A DNA stretch of 64,000 bases from Octopus sinensis (GCF_006345805.1 NC_043006.1:67022001-67086000); one strand, 5' to 3'. Shown: positions 16,012-27,980, counted from the stretch's first letter. Made by a program: numbers and translations. The notes: generated by a model not told the origin, from the letters alone.

Positions 16012-16410
16012 ACGCATGGCTGTGTGATTAAGGGGCTCTCGATTTGCAACCACTTGGCTTCGAGTTCAGTCTCACTATCAGCTTTAAAAACAAGTGTATT
16101 CTACTGACTGTAGCCCAGGCACAACCAATGCCTTTTGAGGGAATTAGGTAAGGGGAAACTGTGTGGTAGTACACTATTTGTATCTGTGTGAGTGTGTGTG
16201 TTTGTATTTGTCCTCTACCACTGCTTGACAAGCGCTGTTGTTTGGTTTACGTCCGCGTAACTTAGCGTTTCCATAAAATAGTAGGATAGAATAAGGAAAC
16301 AAGCACCGGACTGTAAAATAAGTACTGATCTCGATTCTTGCGACAAACCTTTCAAGGTGGTCTCCCAGTTTGGTCGCAGTCCAAAGACTCAAGCAAGTAA
16401 GAGATAAAAG
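16012..16410 (+). mobile_element. SINE family 1, old variant
   Basis: gcatggctgtgtg head, gagttcagtctc B box, gcttgacaa..tttacgtc body, ggtctcccagtttgg tail. Confidence 0.65.
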
Positions 16411-16642
16411 AAAGATATATATATATATTGGAAACCAGAACTTGATACCCCAATATAGGTCTCCATAGAGACACCGTACTTGAGGTGTAGCTGTGCGGTA
16501 AAAAAACAATTCCTTCCCAACCGCATGCGTCCGGATTCAGTCACACTACGTGCTACCTAGGTCAACTATTATAGCCTCGTGCCGAGCAAATCTTTGTGAG
16601 CAGATGGAAACTGAAAGTAGTCCGTTGTTACATACATACATA

Positions 16643-17013
16643 TCTATTATATAAAATTTGTTCTGTCTGTGTGTGTGTGTCTTCTAGGATCTCGGGCATC
16701 CTCCATCCGATTGCGTTCAAATTAGATATGTAGATACCGATGGTATCAGGGCGTATATAAGTCTTGAAAGAATTCCAAAAGTCGATTGCAGGTGAGAATG
16801 CTTTCGATAAAGCCGTGGGAACATGCATTTGTACGTGTGAATAAAATTGTTTTTCTTTGGAATAGAAAAAAGTCTATCTTCATTTCTTCTTTTTCTGGAG
16901 TCTCAAATTTAGGTTAAATCAGTGTTTCTCAAAGGGGAGGCCTATGAGACGGTCGGACAAGTTGTTTTGAGAAATTTTGTTTAAATGTTTGACAAATCAG
17001 CACCATCCATTGG
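16643..17013 (+). mobile_element. Non-autonomous Helitron-like element, 5' part (inverted relative to 12345-12753)
   Basis: A|TCTATTATATAAAA start. Shares ctaggatct..gataccgatggtatcagggcg..taagtc and aggttaaatcagtgtttctc with the 12345 copy. Confidence 0.55.
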
Positions 17014-17015
17014 AC

Positions 17016-17071
<56 letters not shown>

Positions 17072-18142
17072 TACATACATACATACATACATAATACATA
17101 CATACATACATACATACATACATACATACGTACGTACGTACACATATACATGTGTGTGTGTGTTTGTGTATTGTCTTCCACCACTGCTTGACAACTGTTG
17201 CTGTTGTTGGGGCGTTTATGTCCCATATCTCAGTGAGGCGGCAAAAACAACAAATAGAATAAATATCAGGTTTTACAGCAAAAAAAAATACTGGAGTCGA
17301 TTAGTTCGAGTAAAATTCTTGAAGGCGGTGCCCCAGCATGGTCGCCATCTAATGAATGAAACACGTAAAAGCTAAAAGATTAAAGATATCAATATGAGCT
17401 CCAAACACCTCGGAAAATCTTGCTATGATGTCGAATAAAAATCGTTTCTCCTTGAGAAAATTATTTTTATCTAACTGAAAGTTTCTTCAGTTAGGTACGA
17501 CTCAGGTGCTGCCGGTGTTTGGCGATTAAACACTGAGATATCGACAGCGCCTTCGATAAGCACTTGTTTATCATTACAGATTAGTATGGCCGTCTGCTTG
17601 AGCGAAATTCTTACATAAATGTATGTGTGCATATATGCGTGCGTGAGTGAAGGAGCCAATGAGTGCATGTAAGAGGTGTGATGTGTATGCTTGTGTGTAT
17701 GTGTGCAAGTTCGTGTGTGTGTGTGTGTAGTAGGTGGAGGCTATATATCTTATACTTTCGGTATGTTATATTTTTATTTCCAAAAGAGCTCAAATCATTG
17801 AGCTAGCAAATATGGTTAACTAGAAGAATCGTTAGTGCGTCGGACAAAATGTTTGGCGGTATGGCTTCTGAAACTATAGTTTCTGAGGTCAAATTCTACC
17901 AATTTTACCTTTTAACTTTTCGACGTCGATAAAGCAAACATCGGGCAAGAACTGGAATAGTTGGAATCGACTTGCCACAGTTACCTAATCATTTGCGGCG
18001 GGGAGGTCTCAGAGACACCGTTCCTACTTCACAATAAATATTTTAAGAAATATAGATTCCTATATTCAGTCAATCATCATTCTTAAAATATTTAAAATCT
18101 TGAAACACTCATATGTATCTAAAGATGCATACTCGCTTTTAT

Positions 18143-18229
<87 letters not shown>

Positions 18230-18520
18230 ACAGTGATTGTTCTGCAGTTAATCCAACGTATAGTTTATAAGGAATTCACTCCCGTTTTATCGCAATTTTT
18301 CGTGTATCAATGGGTAGCTACGGCGAAGCTGAACTTTTGTATTTGTTCAGATTATATATAGGTACAAGCATGGCTGTGTGATTAAGAGGCTCTCGATTTG
18401 CAACCACTTGGCTTCGAGTTCAGTCTCACTATCAGCTTTAAGAACAAGTGTATTCTACTGACTGTAGCCAGGCACAACCAATGCCTTTTGAAGGAATTAG
18501 GTAGGGGAAACTGTGTGGTA

Positions 18521-18525
<5 letters not shown>
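18230..18525 (+). repeat. Patchwork local duplication of 15554-16173 inserted in a (TA)n tract
   Basis: Three near-identical segments (15554-15590, 15881-15910, 15943-16173) joined at 2-3 bp microhomologies. Confidence 0.85.
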
Positions 18526-18573
<48 letters not shown>

Positions 18574-18576
18574 ATA

Positions 18577-18872
18577 GGCGTAGGAGTGGCTGTGTGGTAA
18601 GTAGCTTGCTTACCGACCACATGGTTCAGGGTTCAGTCCCACTACGTGGCACCTTAAGCAAATGTATATATATGTATATATCTGTATGTGTATGTATGTG
18701 TTTGTGTGTCTGCGTTTGTCCTCCCAACATCGCTTGACAACCGATGCTGGTGCGTTTACGTCCCCGTAACTTAGAGACCGATAGAATAAGTCCTGGGGTC
18801 GATTTGCTCGACTAAAGGTGGTGCTCCAGCATGGCCACAGTCAGATGACTGAAACAAGTAAAAGAGTAAAGA
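18577..18872 (+). mobile_element. SINE family 1 with internal deletions
   Basis: ggcgtaggagtggctgtgtgg head and gactgaaacaagtaaaagag tail. Confidence 0.8.
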
Positions 18873-18949
18873 GAATATATATATATATATATATATGTTA
18901 ATAAAATAGAACATATGCATATATATAAACATATATGTACGTACCTACC

Positions 18950-19570
18950 TCTACATGTACATATACACGCATATATGTGTACAGGACACCAAAAAGACCT
19001 CGAACACATAGAGAGACGAAAAACATAGACACAAACCAAGGAACAAGACAAGCAAAAAAAAGGGATACAGGACAATAAGCACAACGAAAAATCCCCTTCT
19101 TCAGTCGCTAAGGTTTCATCTACTAAACGTTTCGAAGGATAAAAGCGAGACGTATACTTCGAAGAAAACTTCCTTCCTGCGAAAAGCAAATCAATTAAAA
19201 TTCTGAGATCTTTTCGCAGAGGGGTAAAAAAAGCAAGACGGTAACGACAGTACAAACATATAAACAGTAAAAAAATATATATAAACAGTGGAAAAATAAA
19301 TATATAACAGTGAGAGACAGGACAAGGAGAACAAGATAAGAAGGGCTGTTAACGCCAGACGAAAAAAGTATTGCAAACGCTGGATTATAGTGGACGACGA
19401 GAGAGAAAAAATGTCGACCAGTAGCCTTAGAAGGCGGGCGGGCGAAAAAGACAGGATAGCAGTTACGACGGAAGTATCGTCGCAGATGGACGACGGGAAT
19501 GGGGGAGGAGGAGCAAGAGGAAGAGAGAGAAGAAGGGGAATGGTGCGAGGAGACCATGAAGAATGGTGAA
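18950..19570 (-). mobile_element. Penelope-like terminal fragment (related to 57725-58322)
   Basis: Shares acaggac.., cccttc.tcag, gaaaagcaaat.aatta and gcagaggg blocks with 57725-58000. Embedded in (TA)n. Family assignment is inferred. Confidence 0.4.
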
Positions 19571-19645
19571 ATATATATATATATATACATATATGTATAT
19601 ATATACATATACATATATGTATATATATATACATATACATATATG

Positions 19646-19676
<31 letters not shown>

Positions 19677-19784
19677 ATACATATATATATATACATATAT
19701 ATTACATATATATATATATATGTATATGTATATATATATTACATATGTGTATATATGTATATGTTATAATATAATATATATGTA

Positions 19785-19850
<66 letters not shown>

Positions 19851-19974
19851 TTCTCTACTCTTCTACTTGTTTCAGTCATTTGACTGTGGCCATGCTGGAG
19901 CACCAGCTTTAGTCGAGCAAATCGACCCCAGGACTTATTCTTTGTAAGGCTAGTACTTATTCTACCGGTCTCTT

Positions 19975-20255
19975 TAGACATACTTTCTGGCTATAGACAC
20001 ACTTTGTGCGCCCTATCAGTATTTGCAAAGGGAAGCCATACTTTCCGTCTCCAACTTACGATATACACGGACTCGAGTTTCTGGATATTGACCCGTCATC
20101 GGCGTGTGACAATCACAGTTGTCGATGAAAAGTAGGTTCCCTTCACAAATACATATACTTTTTACAGTATCGTAAAGACACTGATATCGAATAAGTGTAA
20201 AGAAGCAATAATAAATCTTAGAGCGAGTTATAAACAGTAGCTGCAACACATCGTG
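19975..20255 (-). mobile_element. Diverged partial copy of the 352-bp hammerhead-containing unit
   Basis: Colinear homology with 21275-21555 (tatagacacac..cagtatttgcaaagggaag..cacggactcgagtttc..acacatcgtgacgt). Confidence 0.8.
20052..20121 (-). ncRNA. Decayed type I hammerhead (U4C, broken stem II)
   Basis: CACACG-CCGAUGA-[CGGG UCAAUA UCCA]-GAAA-C UCGA G-UC-CGUGUA. Confidence 0.65.
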
Positions 20256-21108
20256 ACGTTTATAGGTTTATTGCTTATATATTTTTTACATATAATATTT
20301 CTGTATTCTACCCTCCCGCCCTGCATTTTTCCCTGTGCCTATATAGTCGTGTCTATGTCATCTTTTGTGCGCACGTGTGGATGTGTGCGTGTGTGCGGGT
20401 ATGTGCGTATATAGATGTGTGCGTGTGTGCAAGCATGCGAGTACGTGTGTATATAGACGTATTTTACTCAGTGTTTTTACACATTTTCCTGTATTTTTGC
20501 CTTTAGCCCCGTTTTTTTCTTGTGTGTGTGCGCATATAGACGTATGTATGATCCTTTTAGCGCGTGCTTGTGTGTGTGTATATAGACGTGTGCAATATAG
20601 ACGTGTGCAATATAAGCGTGTGTGTGTGCATGCATAAGTGTATGTGCGTATATATACGTGGTTTTCTCTTTGTGTACACCCTTATACCTTTTTCCTGTAT
20701 TGTTACCCTTAGCCCTGTATTTTCTTGTGCTTGTGCGTATATAGACGTGTGTATGAACCCTTATGGTGCGCGTGTGAGTGGTGGGGTTTGTATGTGTATA
20801 CATGTACGAATGGTGCGAGGATGTGTAGGTTTTCAAGTGAGGGTGGATGAATGCGTACTATTAGGTGCACGCACGTGTGTGTGCGGGCGCGCATGTGCAA
20901 CTATGAACATGCGCGCTTACGCGAATACTATGAACTATTTTTACCCACTTACTTTTACTCCCACCCCTCACTTAGCGGTCATTCAAGTAGCTCTTTTGTC
21001 TTAATAACGGTCAATCACACAGTAATTTCCTTTTGTATAACGGTCATTTTTCATAGCATTTTTCCGATGAACGGACAACTGAAGAGATGATGGCGTGGAT
21101 TTCCACCT

Positions 21109-21155
<47 letters not shown>

Positions 21156-21158
21156 GAT

Positions 21159-21574
21159 AATATCAAAGTGAGTTATATACAGTAGCGGTAACACATCGTG
21201 ACGTATATTTGCCATCTCAATATGGCTACCCCTAAGGGTGGATGCTACTGTAGTTTTTAGCCCCAGGAGGACACACTCCTCCAGCTGGCCATAGACACAC
21301 TTTCTGTGTCCTGTCAGTATTTGCAAAGGGAAGTCATCCTTCCCGTCTTCAACTTATGATACACACGGACTCGAGTTTCGAGGTATTGACCTCTCGTCAG
21401 CGTGTGACAATCATAGTTGTCAGCGAGAATTAGATTTCCTTCACAAATACTTATACTTTTTCCAGCGTCCACTGTCGCTGATATTGAAAAAGTGAAATCA
21501 AACAAAGATAAATATCAAAGTGAGTTATATACAGTAGCGGTAACACATCGTGACGTATATTTGCCATCTCAATA
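21159..21574 (-). mobile_element. Retrozyme-like element: 352-bp non-coding monomer with 64-bp perfect terminal redundancy and an intact hammerhead
   Basis: 21159-21222 is identical to 21511-21574 (period 352). Canonical hammerhead inside, no ORF, several hairpins. Confidence 0.75.
21350..21419 (-). ncRNA. Canonical type I hammerhead ribozyme (GUC cleavage between 21368 and 21367)
   Basis: CAACU-AUGAU-UGU-CACACG-CUGACGA-[GAGG UCAAUA CCUC]-GAAA-C UCGA G-UC-CGUGUG-U-AUCAU-A-AGUUG. All core bases are intact and stems I, II and III pair. Confidence 0.9.
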
Positions 21575-22434
21575 CCCACCCATTTCCCCGTTAAATTTAA
21601 GAATTGTGATATCATCGCAGTGTGTAAACATGTGATTATTTTGCGTAAGGTAAGGAACGGTAAACATGCCTAATTAGCCGAGTTATTTAGAAGTCCATCA
21701 CAATACGATTTACTTTATTGTTTCCAGTTCCACACGTTCTGTGTTCGATTCTCACCGAAGTTAACGTTGCGTTTCACCATTTCGGGATCGATCGATACTT
21801 TGCCACTGTAGTATTGATTTCAAGTTTTGGCACGTTGCCAGCAAGTTTAGGGGAACGGTAAATCATTGACATCGACTCTCGTACTCTATTGGTACTCACT
21901 TTATTGACAGATAAACTGAATGCGCTAATACCCATATCACATTACCTTTGATATGGATATCAAAGTGATTAACTGGCACTACACCGGTTACAATGATGCT
22001 CATTCCAGTTGATCCGATGGTGATCCGATGTTGATCCGCATTAGTGTTCTGTTTGATTTTCAGTGATTTAATTAAATAGATCTTAGGATGAAAGGCAAAG
22101 ACCTCCTCGGCAGAATTTCAGTTCGGAACGTAAAGACGAACGGAATTCAGTTCGTACTTTGCACGGTGTCCTAGTCAATCTGGAGCACGATGAGTTGTCG
22201 AATGTATTCCCGCCGTAACCGTCTCATTTATTTTGCTCCAACCAATGTACACAGTAGACTACATTATCAATACCATCTTCCTGGTTTAACAGTTTAGGGA
22301 GTTGAGGGAAATCTTTGTTATTTCTAGAGCGACCACATATCGCAGGTTTCTTTCATTATCACGAAGCCAAATATTTCACAAAACGATTCATATTCCGTCA
22401 AAGAATTATCTATCTTTACGCCTATCACGATCAC

Positions 22435-22527
<93 letters not shown>

Positions 22528-22609
22528 CTGACTATGTATCCCACCCAAGAAGTAAATAATTACTGTTTTGGGTGCTAGGACTCAAAGGGCAAGTTACCCG
22601 ATTTTCAAG

Positions 22610-22800
22610 GTGGAAGTGACAGGGGACAGAAATCTCAACGGGACGCCAGTCCATCGTGGAGTTAGTCCATCTTTTACAGTTGAGTGGAACGGAGTAGAGC
22701 AACGTGAAATCATGTTTATTGGCTCAAGAAAACAAAGCACTGAGCGGTCCGGGAATAAAAACACCAGCTGCGTCATCTTCACCACTATGCCATGCGCCTT
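22610..22800 (-). mobile_element. Degenerate tRNA-derived SINE (family 3/4 related)
   Basis: gagcaacgtgaaat..gctcaag..gggaat head (reverse) and a cgatggactggcgtcccgt-type central motif. Confidence 0.5.
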
Positions 22801-23009
22801 CCTCCCTTCCATACAGAACAGATATCTAATTCTAAATCTGCAGAACCAGAGCCCTCTTCAAGTAGAGTTCGGCCTGGGAATTTCCCCTTGTTCAGTAATA
22901 TTATATTCGTAATTGTGTCCGGTATTTATCAGTTTCAAACCCGTATAGTCGCATTTATTGCGCCAGTTCCGTACTCGTTTGGTCGTAATCGCTATATCAA
23001 TTTGATAGT

Positions 23010-23335
23010 GAGGTCGCGTGGCTTAGTGATCAGGGTATGCGGTTCACGATTAGAAGGTTGTGAGGCCCGGTACTCAGCAGTGTATTATGTCCTTAAGCAA
23101 GTCACTTTATTGAATGTTGCTTCAGTCCATTCTGCTGGCGAAATAGAATTATACGAGTAATTCAAGAGGCCAGCCTTGTCACATTCTGTGTCACACTGAA
23201 TTACCCTGAGAACTACGTTAAGGGTACTAGTGTTTGATGAGTGCTCAGCCACTTGCACGTTAACTTCATGAGCAGGCTGTTCCGTTGATTAGATCAACTG
23301 GAGTCCTTGTCGTCGCCGCCGACGGAGTACCAATT
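23010..23335 (+). mobile_element. SINE family 3
   Basis: tRNA-like head (gtggcttagtg). Body ggccagccttgtcac..gaactacgttaagggtac is shared with 36180-36500. Confidence 0.7.
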
Positions 23336-23355
23336 TACCAATTTGATATCTGTAG

Positions 23356-23578
23356 CTGGCAGAAACGTTAGCATGCCGTGTGAAACGCTTACCGGTATTT
23401 CGTCTGCCGCTACGTTCTGAGTTCAAATTCCGCCGAGGTCGACTTTGCCTTTCATCTTTTCGGAGTCGATTAAATAAGTACCAGTTACGCACTGGAATCG
23501 ATGTGATCGATTTAATCCCTTTGTCTCTCCTTGTTTGTCTCCGGTATGTTTAGCCTCCATGTGGGCAATAAAGAATTA
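23356..23578 (+). mobile_element. SINE family 2
   Basis: gctggcagaaacgttagc..gagttcaaattccgccgaggtcgactttgcctttcatc; near-identical to 47078-47304. Confidence 0.8.
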
Positions 23579-25224
23579 AATATGACACCAGTGTTAGCGC
23601 ATTCAGTCTGTCAAATGGATACCCGTCAGGCAGAGTTGAAAGTGTTTGACTAGGTGTTGTACGTTGTCAATTTTAAGGCAGTCGACAGAGCCGTTAGAGC
23701 CTATGGGTAGTATGCTTTACAATATGAGTACGTTGCGGTCTGAGTTCAATTCCGACTGAAGTGCTGAAGACGAGAAACAGTCTCAAAACATCTGAAGTTA
23801 CGTTTGCATCACACATGGCGGCGAGCTTGGACAGTTAGTCCTGCTGGAGGATAAATAAAACGATAAATGCATGATGAGGTTTCATTCAGTATCGTATTTA
23901 AAATGGATGAATAATAAAATGGAACTGCATTTGGCTCCATTCGATCCTCTATCCTAATTCAACCAGCTTCCATGACACGAGTATCGTAATATCGAAGGAA
24001 GAGGGGAAAATAATTGAAGTTAATTTTTTTCGGTTCCCTTCCGGATAAATCGATTTCTGGCCAGGATTATTAAATATAACTTTAACTTTTACTTTTACTT
24101 GTTCCAGTCATTGGATGACGGCCATGTTGGGGCAGTGCTTTTATTAAATGATTAATAAATGCATTAATCATTCAACGAAAAATAATAATAATAATAATCA
24201 TTGCGAAGGGTTAAAAAGAAAATAATGATGGCTTTTGTTACACAAGGAGACAAGGAGAAGATGGTAGCGAATTTGGTTGGTTGACAGGGGAGGAAGAATG
24301 GTTGGCTGGCTGGCTGGCTGGTTGGTTGGTTGGTAGGTAGAAGCATCTAAACTTCTCAGAGAAGGACAAAAATGGCTACTCTGGTAGTTGGTAGGCTTTG
24401 TTTCATAAAGAGGAGGATAAAGAAGACGAGGAGAAAAATCAAGTATTTTACTAGCCTTTGGATTATACCATATCTCACTTCACCTCAGTTCCATTCTCAT
24501 TTTACATCTCAACAATAGACATTTGTTCCGAAGAAATAATTCCTTGTCCATAATTGTTATTTTTTTGCTTGTTTTATAGAATTTTTTTCCTAAAAATATT
24601 GTATTTTGTTGCTGCTGCTGTTGTTGTTGTTATTATTGTCATTTTTTAATTATCTCACTTTAGTTTTCATTCAGTTTGCTTTTAGTTTTATTTATATGTT
24701 CATATTTGTCTCTTTATTTGTTCGTTATTTTTTATCTCTCAGTTGAAGAATTGTTCATCATTTTCATCATTATTCATTGTTTCTGCTAAAGAATTTTCAT
24801 CATTTATTTTATTCCCAAACCCTCTCTTCCACCAACACTTCACCCTTCTCCATCCACGCCCACTCAACCTCCCAGCCACTTCTTGTTGTTGTCTTTAATT
24901 TTGCTGTTGCCTCCCATTGTTGTAAATCGACAATAAATCTAAAAATCTGAAGAGATTCTGTTTTCAATGCGAAGCAGATTAATAGATTCATTTACAGTGG
25001 TCTAGAATCGGTAGAGCGCCCGATTAAATTACTAGTGTATTGCTATTGTTGCTGCTGCAGCTATTGTTGCTGTTTCTGCTGCTTTTGTTGCTGTTGTTGT
25101 TTAACCCCTAGGTCAATCCTAATTGACCAGACCGGTGACTAAATGATTTTCAGGAGTCCCCAAGAATACATTATCCAATGCATCATTTCCTTATTCAAGA
25201 AAATTGGATAATACTTGAGGTGGA

Positions 25225-25665
25225 TTTAGCTGCTATTTCTAGCAAGTCAGTCTACCACGTAGACATTCCAGTTAGCTGTTATTTCTAACAGGAAAAACTA
25301 CTACGTAGACGTTTCGTTTAGCTGCTATTTCGCGCAGGTCAAGCTAGCATGAAGACGTTTCTTTTAACTACCATTTCTATCAGATCAAGCTTCCACGTAG
25401 ACCTTCCATTTAGCTGCTATTTCTAGCGAGTCAAAGTGCCATCTACACGTTCAGTTTAACTGCTATTTCTAGCGGCTCAAGCTACCATGTAGACGTCCCA
25501 TTTAGCCGCTATTTTAGCAAGACATGTAACCATATAGACGTTTCGGTTAGCTGCTATTTCCAGCAGTTCAAGCTACACCATAAACGTGCCATTTAGCTAC
25601 TATATCTAGAGGGTCAAACTACCATGTTTACATTCCATTTAGCTACTATTTCTAGCAGGGCAAGC
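25225..25665 (+). repeat. 46-bp minisatellite, ~9.5 degenerate units
   Basis: Consensus tttagctgctatttctagcaggtcaagctaccacgtagacgttcca. Confidence 0.9.
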
Positions 25666-25926
25666 CAGCTCGCTCTTTTTGGCCTTATCTTTACGTCCTG
25701 AGTTCAAGCCCCACCAAGATGGAATATACATCTTTTCCTCTTATCGTCCCTCAATTGGCGAATGAAACAGCAGTAAATGCATGTATTAACGCAGACAAAT
25801 CATTCGTATACCATCATTTAAAAAGCAAATACAAGTCTTGCTAAATGGCGGTGCCCCAGTAAATGGCGGTGCCCCAGCATGGCCACAGCTCATGAGCTGA
25901 AACTAGAATCAATCAATCTATTAATA

Positions 25927-27345
25927 TTGGGTCATCCCATAAATAATGCGGTTTTGTCAACTGCATTGACTAAAATTCGGAGGGGGACGGGATGAACTAC
26001 CTGCATCAACTTGCTGTAAATGCAGGTAGTAATTCTACCATGTATATATTCTTAGTGCAAGTTTTGAAAAGTGCACAGTTCGATTTTAACAGTTTTTTTT
26101 TCAAAGCTATAATGGAAGTGACAGAAGAGCATATTCGGCATATTTTGCTCTAGGAGTTCAATAAAGGCAACAACGCAACAGTGTGGAGGAACATGGCCTA
26201 GTCGTTAGAGTCGCCGACTCGCAGTCGAGGGATCGCCGATTCGAATCTCAGACCGGCGATGTTTGTGTTTATGAGCGAAACACCTAAGCTCCACGCGGCT
26301 CCTGCAGAAGGTAATGGCAAACTTCTGCTGACTCTTTCACCACAACTTTCTCTCACTCTTTTCTCCTGCATCTTGCAGCTCACCTGTGACGGACCTGCGT
26401 CCCGTCCAGGTGGGGAACCAATACGCCAAGAAACCGGGAGACTGGCCCTTATGAGCCTGGCGTGGCTCGAGAAATAACAAACAACGTAACACAATGCAAC
26501 ATGCGAGGAATATTAATGCAGTATATGGGGATCGAACAATAAGCGTGAGCCAGTGTCAACGGTGGTTCCTGAAATTACGAGCCGGAAACTGCAGCCTAGA
26601 AGATGAGCCTTGTTCTGGAAGATCTATAGAGCTCGACGATGACGTCCTGCAAATCCCCAAGGAACAAAATCCCATTGTTACTTGGTCACCTAATAATGAC
26701 TGCTTACGAGAAATGGGTCCTCTATAAAAATATCAAGCGCCGACGACAGTGTGTAGGAAAAGGAGAAACACCGGTACCCCAGGCTAAAGAACGTCTTCAC
26801 CCACGTAAGGTGTTTTTATCTGTTTGGTGGGATATGAAAGGTTTAGTCCGCTTTGAACATTTAAACCCAAACAAAACGATAACAATGGAGATCTACTGCA
26901 AACAGCTTGGGCGGCTTAAGTCAACGCTAGAAGGAAAACAACCATCAAGACGAAAGGTGCTCTTCCATCAGGATAATGCTCGGCCACATACAGTGAGGAT
27001 GACATTCGAAAGGCTGGAGCAGTTTGAACGGGAAACGATGTCCCACCTTCCAAATTCATCAGGCACTGCCCCATCTGATTATCATTTATTCCGTAGTCTT
27101 CAAAATCATTTGGACGGAGAAAATATGAATTCTGTAGACGATGGCAGAACACTACTATTGGAGTATTTTTTGTTACGGACAAGTGAATTTTGGAATTTGT
27201 GGGCCTTGTAAGTCTTCTGGATAGATAGAAGAGCCTTGTAGAAAATGAAGGAGAGTGCATTTTAGATTAAAAATAAACTGTGTTTAACTTAATTTTGAAA
27301 AAATAAAATAAGTATAAAAACTGCATTATTTATAGGATAACCCAA
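25927..27345 (+). mobile_element. Decayed mariner (Tc1/mariner, D,D34D) with TIRs, TA TSD, an internal deletion and a SINE insertion
   Basis: TIRs ttgggtcatcccataaataatgcggtttt / aaaactgcattatttataggataacccaa flanked by TA. ORF 26639-27211 contains EKWVLYKN, VWWDMKG, HQDNARPH, APSDYHLFRSLQNHL. Confidence 0.9.
26181..26479 (+). mobile_element. SINE family 4 inserted in the mariner, ~12-bp TSD
   Basis: A box (tggcctagtcg) and B box (gattcgaatc). TSD aacaacgcaaca (26169-26180) / aacaacgtaaca (26480-26491). Confidence 0.8.
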
Positions 27346-27788
27346 TAGTTAGGAATATATTGATTTTCCATATAGATACAAAGACGCCAATGTTGGGAAA
27401 ATAGATTAACTGAGGTTCAGTTTCCGACCACGGGGATTCCGGTTCTGTCCCACTGCGTGGGACCTTAGGTAAGTAACTCCTACTTTAGCCCCAGCCCAAC
27501 AAATGCCTTGTGAGAGAATTTAGTAGCTGAAAATTCTCTGGAAAACAAAGGTTTTGCTATTGGGGTTAAAGCATGTGTTTTAGACTAAATCGAGGTTGCT
27601 AATTCCATATCTGCACTCAGAATTGTTTTAGCACGCCAGGATTTTGAGTTATGCACATGCGCAAGAATATAACTATAGTTTTGGCTAGATGTAGGCCGTA
27701 TTATAAAATTTGCTAACGTGAAAGCAGTCTTAATTCAAAATTAAAGAAACCACAGCAATAAAAGAAACGATGAGAAAGTTCATTATCC

Positions 27789-27980
27789 AAAAGGGTACTC
27801 TATAAAAATGGGTAATCTATAAAAATGGGTACTTTATAAAAATGTGTTTATAAAAATGGGTTCTCCATAAAAATGGGTTCTCTATAAAAATGGGTGCTCT
27901 ATAAAAACGGGTTCTCTATGAGAATATCCAAATGGGTTTTATATAAAAATTGGCTTCCTATAATTATATCCAAATGAGTG
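27789..27980 (+). repeat. 17-bp minisatellite (aaatgggttctctataa)n, ~10 units
   Basis: Direct inspection. The unit matches mariner sequence at 26711-26727. Confidence 0.85.

Noticed and set aside
19085-19145. CUGAAGA/CUGAUGA with nearby GAAA on the minus strand (also 57845-57920)
   Set aside because: The order and spacing do not give consistent stems I and III, so they are not called as hammerheads.
25225-25665. Regularly spaced repeats resembling a CRISPR array (also 33335-33578, 53790-53958)
   Set aside because: The units are contiguous with no unique spacers, the context is eukaryotic, and there are no cas genes.
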